From positions 120,342,001-120,406,000 of the forward strand of contig JAGIQG010000003.1 in the NCBI GenBank assembly GCA_024679065.1: a stretch of 64,000 bases of DNA. The letters are read 5' to 3'. The DNA comes from Sphyrna mokarran (Eukaryota). The translations under genes were made by a program, and so were the position numbers. The first letter of the stretch is position 1. Each line of letters starts with the position of its first letter. Positions 12,009 through 24,803 of this stretch are shown in pieces. Below the pieces are notes generated by a model. That model saw only the letters and a list, made by a program, of their open reading frames with translations. It was not told the DNA's origin and did no database searches.

Positions 12009-12347
12009 ATAGAATCATAGAAGCCTTACAGTGCAGGAGGAGGCCTTCAGCCCATCGAGTCTGCACAAACCACAATCCCACCCAGACCCTATCCCCATAT
12101 CCCTTCATATTTACACACTCATCTCTCCAACCAATTTCAGGACTCTAAGGGGCAATTTTTAGCACGGCCAATCAACCTAACCTGCACATCTTTGAAGTGT
12201 GGGAAGAAACCGGAGTATCCAGAGGAAACCCATGCAGACATGGGGAGAATGTGTAAACTCCATGCAGACAGTGACTCCAGCTGGGAATTGAATCGAGGTC
12301 CCTGGAGCTGTGAAGCAGCAGTGCTAACCGTTGTGCCACCGTGCCGC
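12009..12347 (-). mobile_element. V-SINE, CR1-type tail; head about 60 nt from the donor of the 108-nt exon
   Basis: Full head, core and tail on the reverse strand. Confidence 0.85.
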
Positions 12348-12407
12348 TTGTGTAGGAGATGAATATATTTCACAATGTTTCTTTATCAATTCAGAATAAA
12401 TCTTTAC

Positions 12408-12515
12408 CTGTCCCCATAGCAGCTCTCCCACTCCCAGCACGATGCACCATAACCACTGGTCTACTTGCAGAGGAATACAACTGAAAGGCTTTCCACCAAA
12501 CTGAATAATTAAAAT
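12408..12515 (-). CDS. ATP2B2: PMCA exon (108 nt; 'site B' exon): [36 protein letters not shown] (TM9-TM10); absent from the ORF track
   Basis: Read manually from the reverse complement; QFGGKPFSC motif; ctgcag|ATT and CAG|gtaaag; 36 codons, phase 0/0. Confidence 0.95.
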
Positions 12516-13699
12516 CTGCAGCAGTGGAGGGAGAAAATGAAGAGAAATCAGAATCTGTCTTTAAAAAGAACGCAATCGCATATGTCGGTGTTTATTTCTA
12601 AATTACTCTGGTACACAAGTTGAATCCTGTATTTTGAATCATAAAATGGCTGCAGCACAGAATGACCCTATTCGGCCCATCAACTCCTCATCAATGAAGA
12701 AAAGCAATAATAATAGTACCTACCGTGGGGAATCCCAGACTATATTTACTTCCAGTCTGATAAACAATCATTCACTGCTACACTCTGGCCAGAATTCTCT
12801 AGCCATTCACGCTGGCGGGATTCTCTGGTCCCACTGCAGCTAATAGAGATTTGGCTGAGCTCCAAATTCTTGGTCCTTGCTAACTATGGCAGCAGAGCAT
12901 AAATGGCCAGAGAATGCTGGTCTGTTTCCGGTCACTTTGCCAACTTTGTATCTGTGTTGCCCATGTCGTTCTTTAATTCCACGGGCTTCAAATTTGCTGA
13001 TAAGTCCATTTTGTATCAATAAAATCTGAAGCAATATAGTGTGCTACAGAGCAATATTGACCTAAGATATTCTTGATTCAACTGTTGGACTGTTTCAGTA
13101 AGTTTATTTCGATCTGGACCAGTTGACTCAGGGGGATAGATGCAGTTCTTTGTGGCTCAGAGTGAGCAACTAGAATGCCATGTTGCCTGCCAGCTCTAAG
13201 TTGGAGAGGAATTTATAGGAAGTTGGTGGGGAGAGATAGAATCTAGTTTTTGTGGTCAATATGGATACCAACAGCAGACATAGGAGCTGGGGAGGGGTTC
13301 TACTTAGGCATTAAGAGCAGCCAGGGGTTAAATTAAAGAGAAAAATCGCAAATAATCTTTGGATTATTATCTGAAGACAATTGGGGTAGAGTAAGTGCAA
13401 TTAGAGAAATGAATGCATGGCTCAGAGACTACTGTAATGGATTTCAATTCCTGGGGCAAAGACACCAATAATGAGCTATGTAGGAGCTGTATTATTGAGA
13501 CAGAGTTAACTTGAAGCTTGCTGGGACTAGTGTTCTGACAAGTCAACATAACAAGGGTGGTAGAAAAAAAGGCTTTCAATTAAATAGTGGAGGGAAGGGA
13601 TCATGTGAAGGAAGATGCAGTAATTGAAACGGAAACAATGAGGTGACAGATGAGAGTAATGATTTGGGTAATGGTAACCAAAGTGTGGTAGGGAGGATA

Positions 13700-14600
13700 G
13701 GAAGGGATTGATCATATAAACAGATGAAGGCAAATAAGGACAAAGAATGCAAAAAATGGTTAAGAAGCGCATTGAAGCCTTATATCTGAATGTACGCAGC
13801 ATTCGTTATAAAATCAATGAGTTGTTAACACAGATAGAAATATGTATGCATAACCTTATGGCCATTTCAAGATTACAGGGTGACCAAGGCAGTATCTGAA
13901 TATTGAAGGATACTTGACATTTCAGAAGGAGAGGATACTAGAAAAACATGGTGGGGTAGCTTTGGTAATTAAAGATGACATTAGTACAGTAGTGAGAGAT
14001 GAACTTAGCTTCAAAGAGCAAGATGTAGAATCAGTTTGTATAAACGGTAAGAAATGAGCAAGCTAAGGGATCACTTGTGGAAGTAGCTTATAGTCCTCTT
14101 AACAGTAGTTACACTGCAGGACAGAGAATACAGGAGGCTTATAAAGGAATAAATAGGATTTATAAGAAAGTTTCCACAATTGATGACTTTAATCAACATA
14201 TAATTTGTGTGAGTCAGATTGGCAAAGGTAGTCTGGAAAATTTATCACGTATACGCAGGACAATTTCTGAGAGTAGCATATTCTAGATCCAACCAGGGAA
14301 CAGGCTATTCAAAACCTGCTAATATGCACTGAGACAGGCTTAATCAATAAACATCTAGTAAAGGAGCCTCTAGGGAATAGTGATCTTAATATGATAGAAT
14401 TTCACATTCAGTTTGAAGTTGAGAAGTGTGTGACTGAGACTAGTGTTTTAAATGTAAATAAAAGTAATTATAACAATATGAAGGTAGAGATGATTGAAGT
14501 GAACTTGGAAATTAGGTTAAAAGTTAACAGTAGCGATGCCACCGGAGATGCAATGGCAGACTTTTAAGGCAATACTCTCAGCAAAAGAAATCCCACCGAG
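13700..14600 (+). mobile_element. Old CR1 endonuclease-region relic
   Basis: ALYLNVRSI (ctgaatgtacgcagcatt), GGVAL and GNSD-like motifs with stops and frameshifts. Confidence 0.7.
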
Positions 14601-14846
14601 AAAGAAAGCAATGCAATATTCTGATGAAGGAAACATTTAAGCTACAATTGTAGCTACAAGCTACAATTCTTCAAATTGACACATCAATATTCAAGGATTA
14701 AATCACTTCTCAGTGAAACAATGATTATGACTATAAACCACTGTTTCTGACTAATCTTTATTTGTACCGTATAAAAGCATCACTGTGCTATTCACAGAAA
14801 AGAATGCTTGTGCAGTAATTTATCAGAAATTTCTATTTTCCAATAC

Positions 14847-15058
14847 CTGAATTGCAAAAGTGCCAAACACAATACTGCAGAAGATGGGATTTCTGAAAAT
14901 GCCATCAAACACATTTTTCTCCCCATGTATCTTGCGTGCGTTGATTTCGTTGAAGAGTTGCATCAAGACAAAAGTGTTAAAGATGATGGTATAGTGCTCA
15001 GATGGTGGGGCATGCAACGGTGCATTTCTACCACTGTCAATATTGAAAATGGTCTCCC
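14847..15058 (-). CDS. ATP2B2: PMCA exon (212 nt): (G)[70 protein letters not shown] (TM8-TM9)
   Basis: [12 protein letters not shown] motif; [13 protein letters not shown] is PMCA2-like; ttttcag|GG and CAG|gtattg; phase 1/0. Confidence 0.96.
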
Positions 15059-15124
15059 CTGAAAACAAGCAAACAACAGCACAGCTTCGAGTAAATATAC
15101 ATGAAAAATACATAGCTTTTAAGC

Positions 15125-15433
15125 ACAGAATCCCTACAGTGTAGAATGAGGCCATTCAGCCTGTCAAGCCTGCACTGACAACAATCCCATCCAGACCTTA
15201 TCCCTGTAACCCCACATATTTACCCTGCTGGTCTCTCTCACCCTAAAGGGGCAATTTAGCATGGCCAATCAACCTAACCCGCACATCTTTAGTGTGGGGG
15301 AGGAAACTGGAGTACCAGGAGGAAACCCATGCAGATAGGGGGAGAACTCTGCACAATCACTTGAGGCTGGAATTGAACCTTGGTTCTTCACATTATGAGA
15401 CAGTAGTGCTGACCATTCTGCCACCTGTGCCCT
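15125..15433 (-). mobile_element. V-SINE, CR1-type tail; tail about 65 nt from the acceptor of the 212-nt exon
   Basis: Full head, core and tail on the reverse strand. Confidence 0.85.
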
Positions 15434-16711
15434 CCCAATATTCCCCCAATATTGCTTCCTTGGCTCAACATTCAATTTTGACTGAATGTGACTGTGAAAT
15501 GTGCCCCAAGGTCACTGAACAATGTGTGAAGTGCTACATAAAAACAGGGTATTATTATTGCAATATAGCAATTAGAATTTAACATCAGATATTTTTAATG
15601 CACCTCAAGGCATCTCAAGGATGAGCAAAGTCTCTGCCATCCTGAAGGCAAGTAACACTTGCATGGAGAAGTCTGATATCAAAATTGGGAGCGGTGGGGG
15701 TGTGGTGGAATTGTCCCATCCCGCCGTGCTAATTTTCTAGAGAGTGTGGTGGGAGAATCTCGCATCCAGGCATGAGCGGGATTCATGCGTGTGTTCCTGC
15801 TGCACACATCTCCCAGCTCCAGATTTCTGCATGTGCATAGGCACACTGATTCCAGCCTCTCCATCGTGAATAGGCCCCACACCCTGGAATGTAATAATAT
15901 TTACACTGGTGGCCTCTGCAGTGCAGAGTGTAGGAGATTCTCGTCTGAAATCCCACTGAAAAAAAAACCAGTGTGATTTACTCCAGTTCCCTCCCCTGCC
16001 CCAAATTCGACACTTAGAACATTTTTAGGAGAATTCCACCCAAGTTTTCTGGATGCACGATAAATGAGTCTGTTTCCTTACACTGCTGATGCTACATTTT
16101 TGCAGAGAATTCTATAATGGAAATATTTGGAATAAATTTGACATGACAATGCTCATTGCTAAATGAAAAACCCTGAAAAGGAAGAGAAAAAAGGAGCAAT
16201 ACCATTTTTAATTTTTTTTTGAAATGGAATGAATCCTAACTCACCAGTTATCCTCCCTGCAGCTTTCTATAACTAATAAGCTGCTTGATGTTTATTAGAT
16301 TTTCAATGATAATCAGTATTATAATGGACCTAATATCATTCTGTACAAATCATGAAAAACAAACATTACGTTTTCAGAGTAACAGACGTAAATGTTTTCA
16401 CATATTTATTACTGACCTGTAGTGCCATTTTATTTCCCAAGATAAAATGAATTATCTTATATATATCTTGCTTGAATTATATCTTGTTTGCATAGGCCAA
16501 AAATATTGTGTATATTCTGAAGCAGATTTATCTATTAAAAATCTGACTCTTAAGCCTAAGCCAAGATTTTATGGCCTTGCTCGTCCCAAAACCATAAAAT
16601 CCTGCCTGAGGTCAACGGACATTTCTATTATCCTCCTCTTGCCCGTTCTGATTCCGTAATGGGCGGGCGGTAAAATTCTAGCCTTCATCTCAACAATTTT
16701 CATTTATATGA

Positions 16712-17840
16712 TGGAAGACTTCTGCAGAAAATGCAGATATATGGGATAGAGGGTGATTTAGCTAATTGGGTTAGGATTTGGCTAGCAGGTAGAAGACAGA
16801 GGGTGGTGGTTGATGGGAGATATTCATCTTGGAGTTCAGTGACAAGTGGTGTACCTCAGGGGTCTGTTTTGGGGCCCCTACTGTTTGTAATTTTTATAAA
16901 TGATCTGGATGAGGGTATTGAAGGATGGATTAGTAAATTTGCAGATGACACTAAAGTCGGTGGAGTGGTAGATAGTGAAGAGGGGTGTTATAGTTTGCAG
17001 AGGGACTTGGACAAGTTGCAGAGCTGGGCCGAGAGGTGGCAAATGGAGTTTAATGTGGAAAAGTGTGAGGTAATGCACTATGGCAGAAATAATAAATGTG
17101 TAGAGTATAGGGCAAATGGTAGGATTCTTAGTAGTCTAGATGAACAGAGGGATCTTGGTGTGTATGTGCATAGATCCCTGAAAGTAGGCAGTCAGGTCGA
17201 GAAGGTTGTTAGGAAGGCATATGGAGTCTTGGCTTTTATTGGTAGAGGGATTGAATTTCGGAGCCGCAACGTCATGTTGCAACTGTACAAAACTCTAGTG
17301 CGGCCGCACTTGGAGTATTGTGTGCAGTTCTGGTCCCCACATTATAAGAAAGATGTGGAGGCATTGGAGAGGGTACAGAGGAGGTTTACCAGGATGTTGC
17401 CTGGTATGGAGGGCATGTCTTATGAGGAGAGGCTGAGGGATTTGAGGTTGTTTTCGTTAGAAAGGAGGAGGCTAAGAGGGGACCTGATCGAAACATATAA
17501 GATGACTAGAGGTTTAGATAGGGTGGACAGTGATAGCCTTTTTCCTAGGATGGAAAAAGCTAGCACGAGGGGACACAGCTTTAAATTAAGGGGTGATAGT
17601 TATAGGACGGATATCAGAGGCAGGTTCTTTACCCAAAGGGTGGTTAGGGAGTGGAATGCCCTGCCTGCAGCAGTTGTAGATGCGCCAAGGTTGGTGGCGT
17701 TTAAGAGGTTAGTTGATAAGTATATGGAAGAGAAGGGAATGATTTAGTTTGGAGGGGCATTGCTTTTTATATTGGTCGGCGCAACATCGAAGGCCGAAGG
17801 GCCTGTTCTGTGCTGTAATGTTCTATGTTCTATGTTCTAT
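16712..17840 (+). mobile_element. Young 5'-truncated CR1 (HER1-like) LINE with an uninterrupted RT/C-terminal ORF of 338 aa
   Basis: GVPQGSVLGPLLF, KFADD, LVRPHLEYCVQFW and LERRRLRGDL motifs with no stops; 3' UTR ending in (ttctatg)n. Confidence 0.95.
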
Positions 17841-17876
17841 ATTGTGTCTTAATCCTTTCCTGGAGTGTTATGAAGC

Positions 17877-18134
17877 CAATAAGAATTTAGCAACACCAAT
17901 TTATAATCCAACCGATTTATTTGATAGTAAAAAAGCGAGCTTTCGACTCTATGTCTTCCTCAGGCAAATGCAGTGATCTGGTCTTGAGACCAGAACACTG
18001 CATTTGCCTGAGGAAGACACAGAGTCAAAAGCTCGCTTTTTTACTATCAAATAAATCGGTTGGATTATAAATTGGTGTTGCTAAATTCTTACTGAGTTCT
18101 TACCACCCCAATCCAACGCCGGCATCTGTACATC
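17877..18134. mobile_element. Penelope-like inverted pseudo-LTR insertion with hammerhead motifs; 12-bp TSD
   Basis: TSD gtgttatgaagc at 17865-17876 and 18135-18146; inverted arms 17877-17984 and 17987-18094; terminus ...ccaacgccggcatctgtacatc resembles that of the 56.4-57.0 kb element. Confidence 0.8.
17935..17965 (-). ncRNA. Minimal type-I hammerhead ribozyme motif with intact core
   Basis: GC-CUGAGGA-A-GAC(AUAGA)GUC-GAAA-GC-UC^GC; palindromic AGCU stem III; stem I only 2 bp. Confidence 0.55.
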
Positions 18135-19978
18135 GTGTTATGAAGCAACAGTTATCACTGCAAGCAAGGCAATATCAAGCAGATGTTATAAAGTTTAATC
18201 AAAGAACAGTAGGATGTGGAGAGATCTCATTGAAACTTACAGAATAATGAAAAGCTTGGATAGAGTGAACGGGGGGAAGATGTTTCCACTAGTAGGAGAG
18301 GCGAGCCTCAGAGTAAAGGGATGATAAAGGGATGAGGAGGAATTTCTTCAGCCAGAGAGTGGCGAGTCTATAGCATTCATTACTGCAGAAGGCTGTGGAG
18401 GCAGTGTCATTGAGTGTATTTAAGATGGAAACAGATAGGTTCTCGATTGGCAAAGGGAAAATGTGGGAGACTGGGGCTGAGAAACTTATTAACCAGGATT
18501 GAATGGTGGAGCAGATTGATGGGCTGAATGGCCTATATCTTATGATTTTATGATCTTATAGTTTTATAGCCTTATGCTTTTATGGACTTATAGCTTTAAG
18601 GAACATCTTAAATGAGGAAAGAGAGATGGAGAAGTGGAGAGGTTTAAGAACATAATTTCAGGGTTAAAGGAATGGCCACCAACGGTGGAATGATTAAAAT
18701 CACTGATGCCCAGAATTAGCAGAGCACAGACATCACTGAGGGCTGTGGTATTGGAGGAGATTACAGACATCAGGAGGGGAGAGATCATGCAGGGATTTAC
18801 AAATGAGGATAAGAATTTTACAACTGGGGTTTTGCTTAATTGAGAGTCACCGACTACACAGTATGAATAAAGAAGACTTGGTGCAATTAAGAATAATGGT
18901 AGCAATGTTTTGGATAATCTCAAGCTGGTTTTTAATATTTGCAGACATTTCTCTCAACCCTCAGAAAATTGTGGAGTCATAGGGGGTGATCTTAACAGAA
19001 TTTGGTAAAGTGTCACAGTCTGACTGAAAACCGGCATGGCCAGTTTTCTCTCCAGCTCTCCTGACACACTGTCAAAAAACAGGTGGGCATGTTTCACACT
19101 GTCATATAGAGAGGCAAGGCCTAAGCACTGGCAAAGCCCAGCTGCACTAGGATCAGGCCACCATTTTTAATGGACACCCCAATCAGAGGAAATATAATTT
19201 CTTACTCTTCTCCCACTCCACCATGAGGTCTTAGGGACTCACTCCCCACCCTGATTAGAGCCAGCACCTCTTCCTCACCCATCCCTGCATCCCCCAAATC
19301 CCCTTCCCCCATCACAATCAGAACCACCATTCTCCTCCTATCCCCCCAACATTCAAAACAATCAATGCCGGCACCAGCCCCCCCTCAAACAATCATCATA
19401 GCACCCCCAGTTCCTAAGCCACTCCCCAATACCCAGCAATACATCAAAATGAATTCTTCCCCGAAAAAACTCCCACTAGGGAGTGCCTCCTGGCACAGGT
19501 TGGCACCACCAGATTGGCACTGCCCTGGCACAGATTGGCACTGTTGGCACCTGGCAGTGCAAAATTGTACTAGGAGGCAGTGCCCAGTTATGTCTTTCTC
19601 CCTCGGGGCTATACTCATCTTCATGCCCATGAGAGGATCCCACGATAGGTTCACATCTGATGAACCTGTTGTAAATCTCACTGACGTGATGTCACATTGT
19701 CAAGGTACGAAAATACGGTGAAGGGCTAATATGTGGTGGGGATATTTAATTAAATGCAAATAAATTAAAATGTATTTGGTCAGAAATGGGCTTGAAACTG
19801 ATTACATCACCAGAAAGAGTTAGCAAAAATTGTAAATTGCAATCTTGCCTGTTTCACTGGATCTTGAGAAATTTCTTCACACAGAGGGTCATAAATCACA
19901 GTTGAGGCCAAAACATTGTCCGATTTCAAGAAGAAATTAGATATAATTCTAGGAATAAATGGGATCAAGGGATATGGG

Positions 19979-20240
19979 TGGAGTTTGCATGTTCTCCTCG
20001 TGCCTGCGTGAGTTTCCTCCGCGTACTCCAGTTTCCTCACACAGCCCAAATATGTGTAGGTTAGATTGATTGGCCATGTTAAGAAATTGCCCCTTAGTGT
20101 CCAGGGATGCATGGGTTAGAGGGATTAGTGGTAATAATATGTAGGGATATGGGGGTAGGGCCTGGGTGGGATTGTGTTCAGTGCAGACTTGATGGGCCAA
20201 AGGGCCTCCTTCTGCACTGTGGGGTTCTATGAATCTGTGA
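19979..20240 (+). mobile_element. 5'-truncated V-SINE inserted into a CR1 3' end; 8-bp TSD
   Basis: gatatggg at 19971-19978 and 20241-20248; no tRNA head. Confidence 0.85.
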
Positions 20241-21702
20241 GATATGGGAGAAGGGAGGAAATCAGGATATTGAATTTGATGATCAGCCATGATCAAAATG
20301 AATGGCGGAGCAGGCTTGAAGAGATAAATGGCCTACTTCTGCTTCTCGATTCTTGTCCTGGTTCACCATTTGCCGTAGTAACCAATCTTGTATAGGTAAG
20401 TTCTTGATTGATAAGGGGATCAGAGGTTCTGGGAAAAAGGCAGGAGAATGGGGATGTGAAAAATATCAGCCATAATTCAATGATGGAGCAGACTTAATGG
20501 GCCACGTAGCCTAATTCTGCTGCTGTATCTAATGGTCTTGTTGTTATCTAATAAAGCATCTAATGTTGGGTGCCTTTAGCTAGACTTGCCTTTGCATGTT
20601 TAAGTTTCTACACTTCATTCACTGATTGAAAGTATGAGCTGACAATGTCACAGTAAGGACGACAGGTCATCAAGGACCTGGATTAATAGACAATGAACGA
20701 TGTATTACCTTAACAAATTAGATTGAAAGATTGTGAAATTAACAGCACAGAGACTGAGGAGAAAGTCTACACACACTGGGTAAATTCAGTGTCAAATCAA
20801 GTGCAGAAAGTGAAATGGAGAGAGAGAGAAAAGATTGGATTGAGAGAAACGAAAATGGATTTTATTTATCGTGTTATAGTAAATCTTTAACAACAGTTAA
20901 GTGAGATTTCACACTTGAAATAGTTAATTTGTGATGTCAGATTGCTTAGGAGGAGATAGCACAGATCACGTTATTTAAAAGGTGCTTAATCTGAAATTGA
21001 AAACGCTTAACTTCCTGTAGTGTGCTCTGTTCTGACTGACCTTGGAAATACAGCAACTCCATATCATTCAATGCAGCAAGGTGCCACTGTTTTGGATATT
21101 TGATTGCACATTTGCCCCTGTGCTGAAGTTGCTGCACAATCCACTCCCAAATAGCGGTGATCACCATTAGCCATACCATTATTTTGGCAGGAAATCATGG
21201 TCCAGTTTACACTAATTTAAATGGGCTTGCATATGACTTGTAGACAAAGTCTTTCCTCATTGTGACAAACAGGATGAATAGTCCTTACTTTTCACAGTTA
21301 AAAGCAATCTGCCAAGTGTTTTTCCCAAGAAGTTGATGTCTCTCTTTCCCGTGTTTTAAAACCTAATGTTGTAAATTAAGCTTTATCTCAGTCACCTGAA
21401 ATGCATTTTATGCTGATGTGATCAGGTAGTAAGTACAAGCACAAAATACAATCCGAACAAACCTACTCAAAACATGGTTCAGAATGACTATTCTAAAATA
21501 CTGAATCTCTCAAGAATAGCAGTGATGAAAACCCACATTGAAAATCGTGGATGCTTGAGAAACGCAACGGGTCAGGAAATGTCAGCAGGGACCCGTAATG
21601 GGAGTGTAACACAGACTGCCACAAATCCATCCCATGAAGTATACCAAAAAGCAGAAGGGAAAATCTCCCACTTTCACATTGGGGAACTTTTTTTAACGTT
21701 TA

Positions 21703-22005
21703 TATTTATTAAATGTCACAAGTAGGCTTCCATTAACACTGCAATTAAATTATTGTGAAAATTCCCGAGTTTCCACACTCCGGCACCTATTCAGATACAC
21801 TGAGGGAGAATTTAGTATGACCAACGTACCTAACCAGCTCATCTTTTGGACTGTGGGAGGAAACAGGATCAGCCAAAGGAAACCCATGCAAACACAGGGA
21901 GAATGTGCAGACTCCACACAGATAGTGACCCAAGCCGGGAATCAAACACAGGTCCCCAGCGCTGTGAGGTGGTAGTGCTAACCACTGTGTCATTGTGCTG
22001 CCCTG
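21703..22005 (-). mobile_element. V-SINE, alternative-tail subfamily
   Basis: gtcacaagtaggcttccattaacactgca tail plus core and head. Confidence 0.85.
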
Positions 22006-22243
22006 TGCCATTTCTTTCTGGGAAAATCATCCCTGTATTTGTGGGTTTTTTTAAATTAATTAAAAGGCTTACACAAAACTGACTATAAAAACAAAATAAT
22101 ATACATGTACAAATGAAAGAGCATTTCACAAGTGCTCTGACAATTTGCATGCATGAAGACGTCCATTTGAGCAGAACAGGTTTGTTTTTCCTAATAAAAT
22201 AGAAGTATTATCTTGTTAGCAGCACAGATACTGTGTAACATAC

Positions 22244-22457
22244 CAGCAAAGAGTAGCGTGAAGATGACAGTGAGTTGGTAAATTCCATGACCCAGAATAT
22301 TTTTCATCATGGTTCGTGAAATGAGGGGCTTGTTCCTGCCATATGGTTTCCTCATCAGCAGTGATTCAGTGGGTGGCTCTGTAGCTAGAGCCAAGGAGGC
22401 AAAGGTATCCATAATGAGGTTCACCCACAACATCTGCACAGCCTTCAGAGGGGAATC
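22244..22457 (-). CDS. ATP2B2: PMCA exon (214 nt): [71 protein letters not shown](G) (TM6-TM7)
   Basis: [10 protein letters not shown] Ca2+-site motif; ctgtag|GAT and GCTG|gtatgt; phase 0/1. Confidence 0.96.
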
Positions 22458-23306
22458 CTACAGAAATAAAAGATTAAATTGCATTATCAGATCATGTTAT
22501 TGTTTCCAAGACTGGCTGAAATAGAATGGATCTAAGTAGAATAAATGTGGTCAGTGTGAAATGCCCCATGACAAATAACACTCTGTAGAAGGACACTGGA
22601 CAAAGCACTTCAGCACAGTGCAGTATGTACAATATTAAAAATTTGTATGGAAATTGACACGCAGTCAATTTAACACGCAATTGACACACAGTCAAATAGA
22701 TTTGATTTTCTGTGAGGTTTGAAATATCTTTCCTTGAAAGTTGGGCAATTGAAAATCAAGCACCGTTTATTATCTCAGAATATCCTAAAGTGTTACAGAA
22801 ACAGTGAAGTACTTTGGAAGTGCAGCTATTGGTCTGGATTTTCATCAAATCAAGCAATTTTAAAATGATAAGTGGATACAGATTCCTCACTTCCGAACAC
22901 CAGGTTTTTCCATTATCAGGAGTGTCTTTTAAGGGTGCAGCCTGGTTCAGATCAAAAACTCCCGACTTAACCATTTCCAATGCGTGGTCCTCTTTTTCCA
23001 CAATTTTGGTGGACTCAGGTCAGAATTTCCAAGAGTTGTAATGTACCTCAGAGATGTCGTGAACCACAGTGTGGCTGAGAGAATCTTTGGAAAGGTAAAT
23101 TAAAACGGTCCCCTTCTTGCTCCCCCGTATCAAGGTATGACACTGCTATACCCATTCATCCACTGTTACTGCATAGAACTAATGAACCCTATAGTGGCAG
23201 CAGTATTTGTTAAAAAAAAGCTTTAGAAAAATAGCCTGTGATTTATTCACAAAGCCCAATAAAAATGTTAATCATTCAGAATCTTTAAAGTTTCAATAAC
23301 AGAAAC

Positions 23307-23368
23307 TGGAACTTCTTTATCTTGTGCAAATGAACTTCTTTGGAACTTCTTTATCTTGTGCAAATGAA
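23307..23368. repeat. Exact 28-bp direct duplication with a 6-bp spacer
   Basis: tggaacttctttatcttgtgcaaatgaa at 23307-23334 and 23341-23368. Confidence 0.9.
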
Positions 23369-24204
23369 TATTGTGAAATTGACACCGGAGTCTAGAGACC
23401 TCCAGCTGTCAATCAAGCAATATTTTCCCTGGGGCTCAGGCAAGTGGCTGCCTGGGCTCTCAGCCAAGCCTCATTATGTATTCTGGAGCCTGTGTGTCTA
23501 TTACCGTACCAAAACATGTCAACCCCAGAGAAAACATTGTTTGATTGACAGTTCAGACTCTGGTCTCTCCTGCCAATTTCACAACTTTTGTAGTCATGGG
23601 GAATATTTAGGGCATGACAGAGTGCAAGGCGGAGGGCCTGTTTTTAATTCTACTGGCCCGCAGCACTGGGGTAGGCCTCATGAACAGCGTGCCTCCACAC
23701 TGAGTGGCCCCTGTGGTTGCCTCAGAATTCTTTCCCAGACTGGTCTGCCCTGATGCAGCCCGCAACAATTACCCTGTCTTCTCTCACCACTATCACCCTC
23801 AAGTACTCTGTATGGACACTCTTCTGAGGTGGGCCAGCTGAACTGAGAACTTTCCTGACTCCCACTATTTGCCTTAGGATGGTTGTATAGCGTGGAAATG
23901 TGGCAGCTAATTTCTACACAGCATGGTTCTGTGACTGGATGATCTTTGTAAATTCTATTCATGAGTGATGCAAGTTTGCCAGGTCATTAGGAGTACTACC
24001 CTTCAAACAGTAGGACTTCATTTTAATATTCCCACTAAACTTGTAGCACTAAGAGACTAAATAACAAATGTAAGTTTATGGAGCGTGGCTTGAGCACACA
24101 ACCCTGTGACTCAAGAGGTGAGAGTCATATCACTCAATCAGACTGATAATAAATACTCCAAATAGTAATGATTACTTCATTTGTTTATAATGATAACCCC
24201 TTTC

Positions 24205-24803
24205 TTTCATGGGACGTGAATGTCGCTGGCTAGGCTAGCTTTTATTGCCCATCCCTAATTATCCTTGAGCAGACAGTGGTGCACTGCTGCCTTGAACTGC
24301 TTCAGTTTGTGTGGTGTAGGTACACCCACAGTGTTCCTCGGAAGGGAGCTAGGTTCAGCGACAGTGAAGCCATGGCAATATAGTTCCAAGGCAGCATGGT
24401 GTGTGGCTCGGAGGGGAACTTACAAGCGGTGGTGTTGCCATGCAACCACTGCCCCGATCTTTTGAGTTAATAGAGGGCATGGGTTTGGAAGATGCTGAAG
24501 GAGCCTTGATGAGTTGCTGCAGTGCATCTTGTGGGTGGTACACACTGCTGCCACTGTGTGTCAGTGTTTGAGGGAGTGAACGTTTCAGGTGGTGGATGGG
24601 GTGCCAGTTAAGCTGATTGCTTTGTCTTGGATGGTGTTGAGCTTCTTGAGTGTTGTTGGAGCTGCACTCATCCAGGCAAGTGGAGAGTATTCCATCACAC
24701 TCCTGATTGGGGAGTCAGGAGATGAGTTACTTGCCGCAGTATTCCCAGGTTCTGACCTGCTTTTGTAGCCACAGTATTTCTATGGCTGGTCCAGTTCAGT
24801 TTC
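24205..24803 (-). mobile_element. 3' fragment of the same LINE family as 59890-61095
   Basis: Shared blocks (gagtattccatcacactcctga, gcttcttgagtgttgttggagctg) and tail. Confidence 0.8.

Noticed and set aside
14621-14640. ctgatgaaggaaac as a hammerhead core
   Set aside because: No stem II between CUGAUGA and GAAA and no flanking stems
16731-17747. Domesticated reverse-transcriptase gene
   Set aside because: Starts mid-RT at a 5' truncation, retains the LINE tail, and has near-identical sibling copies; youth explains the intact frame
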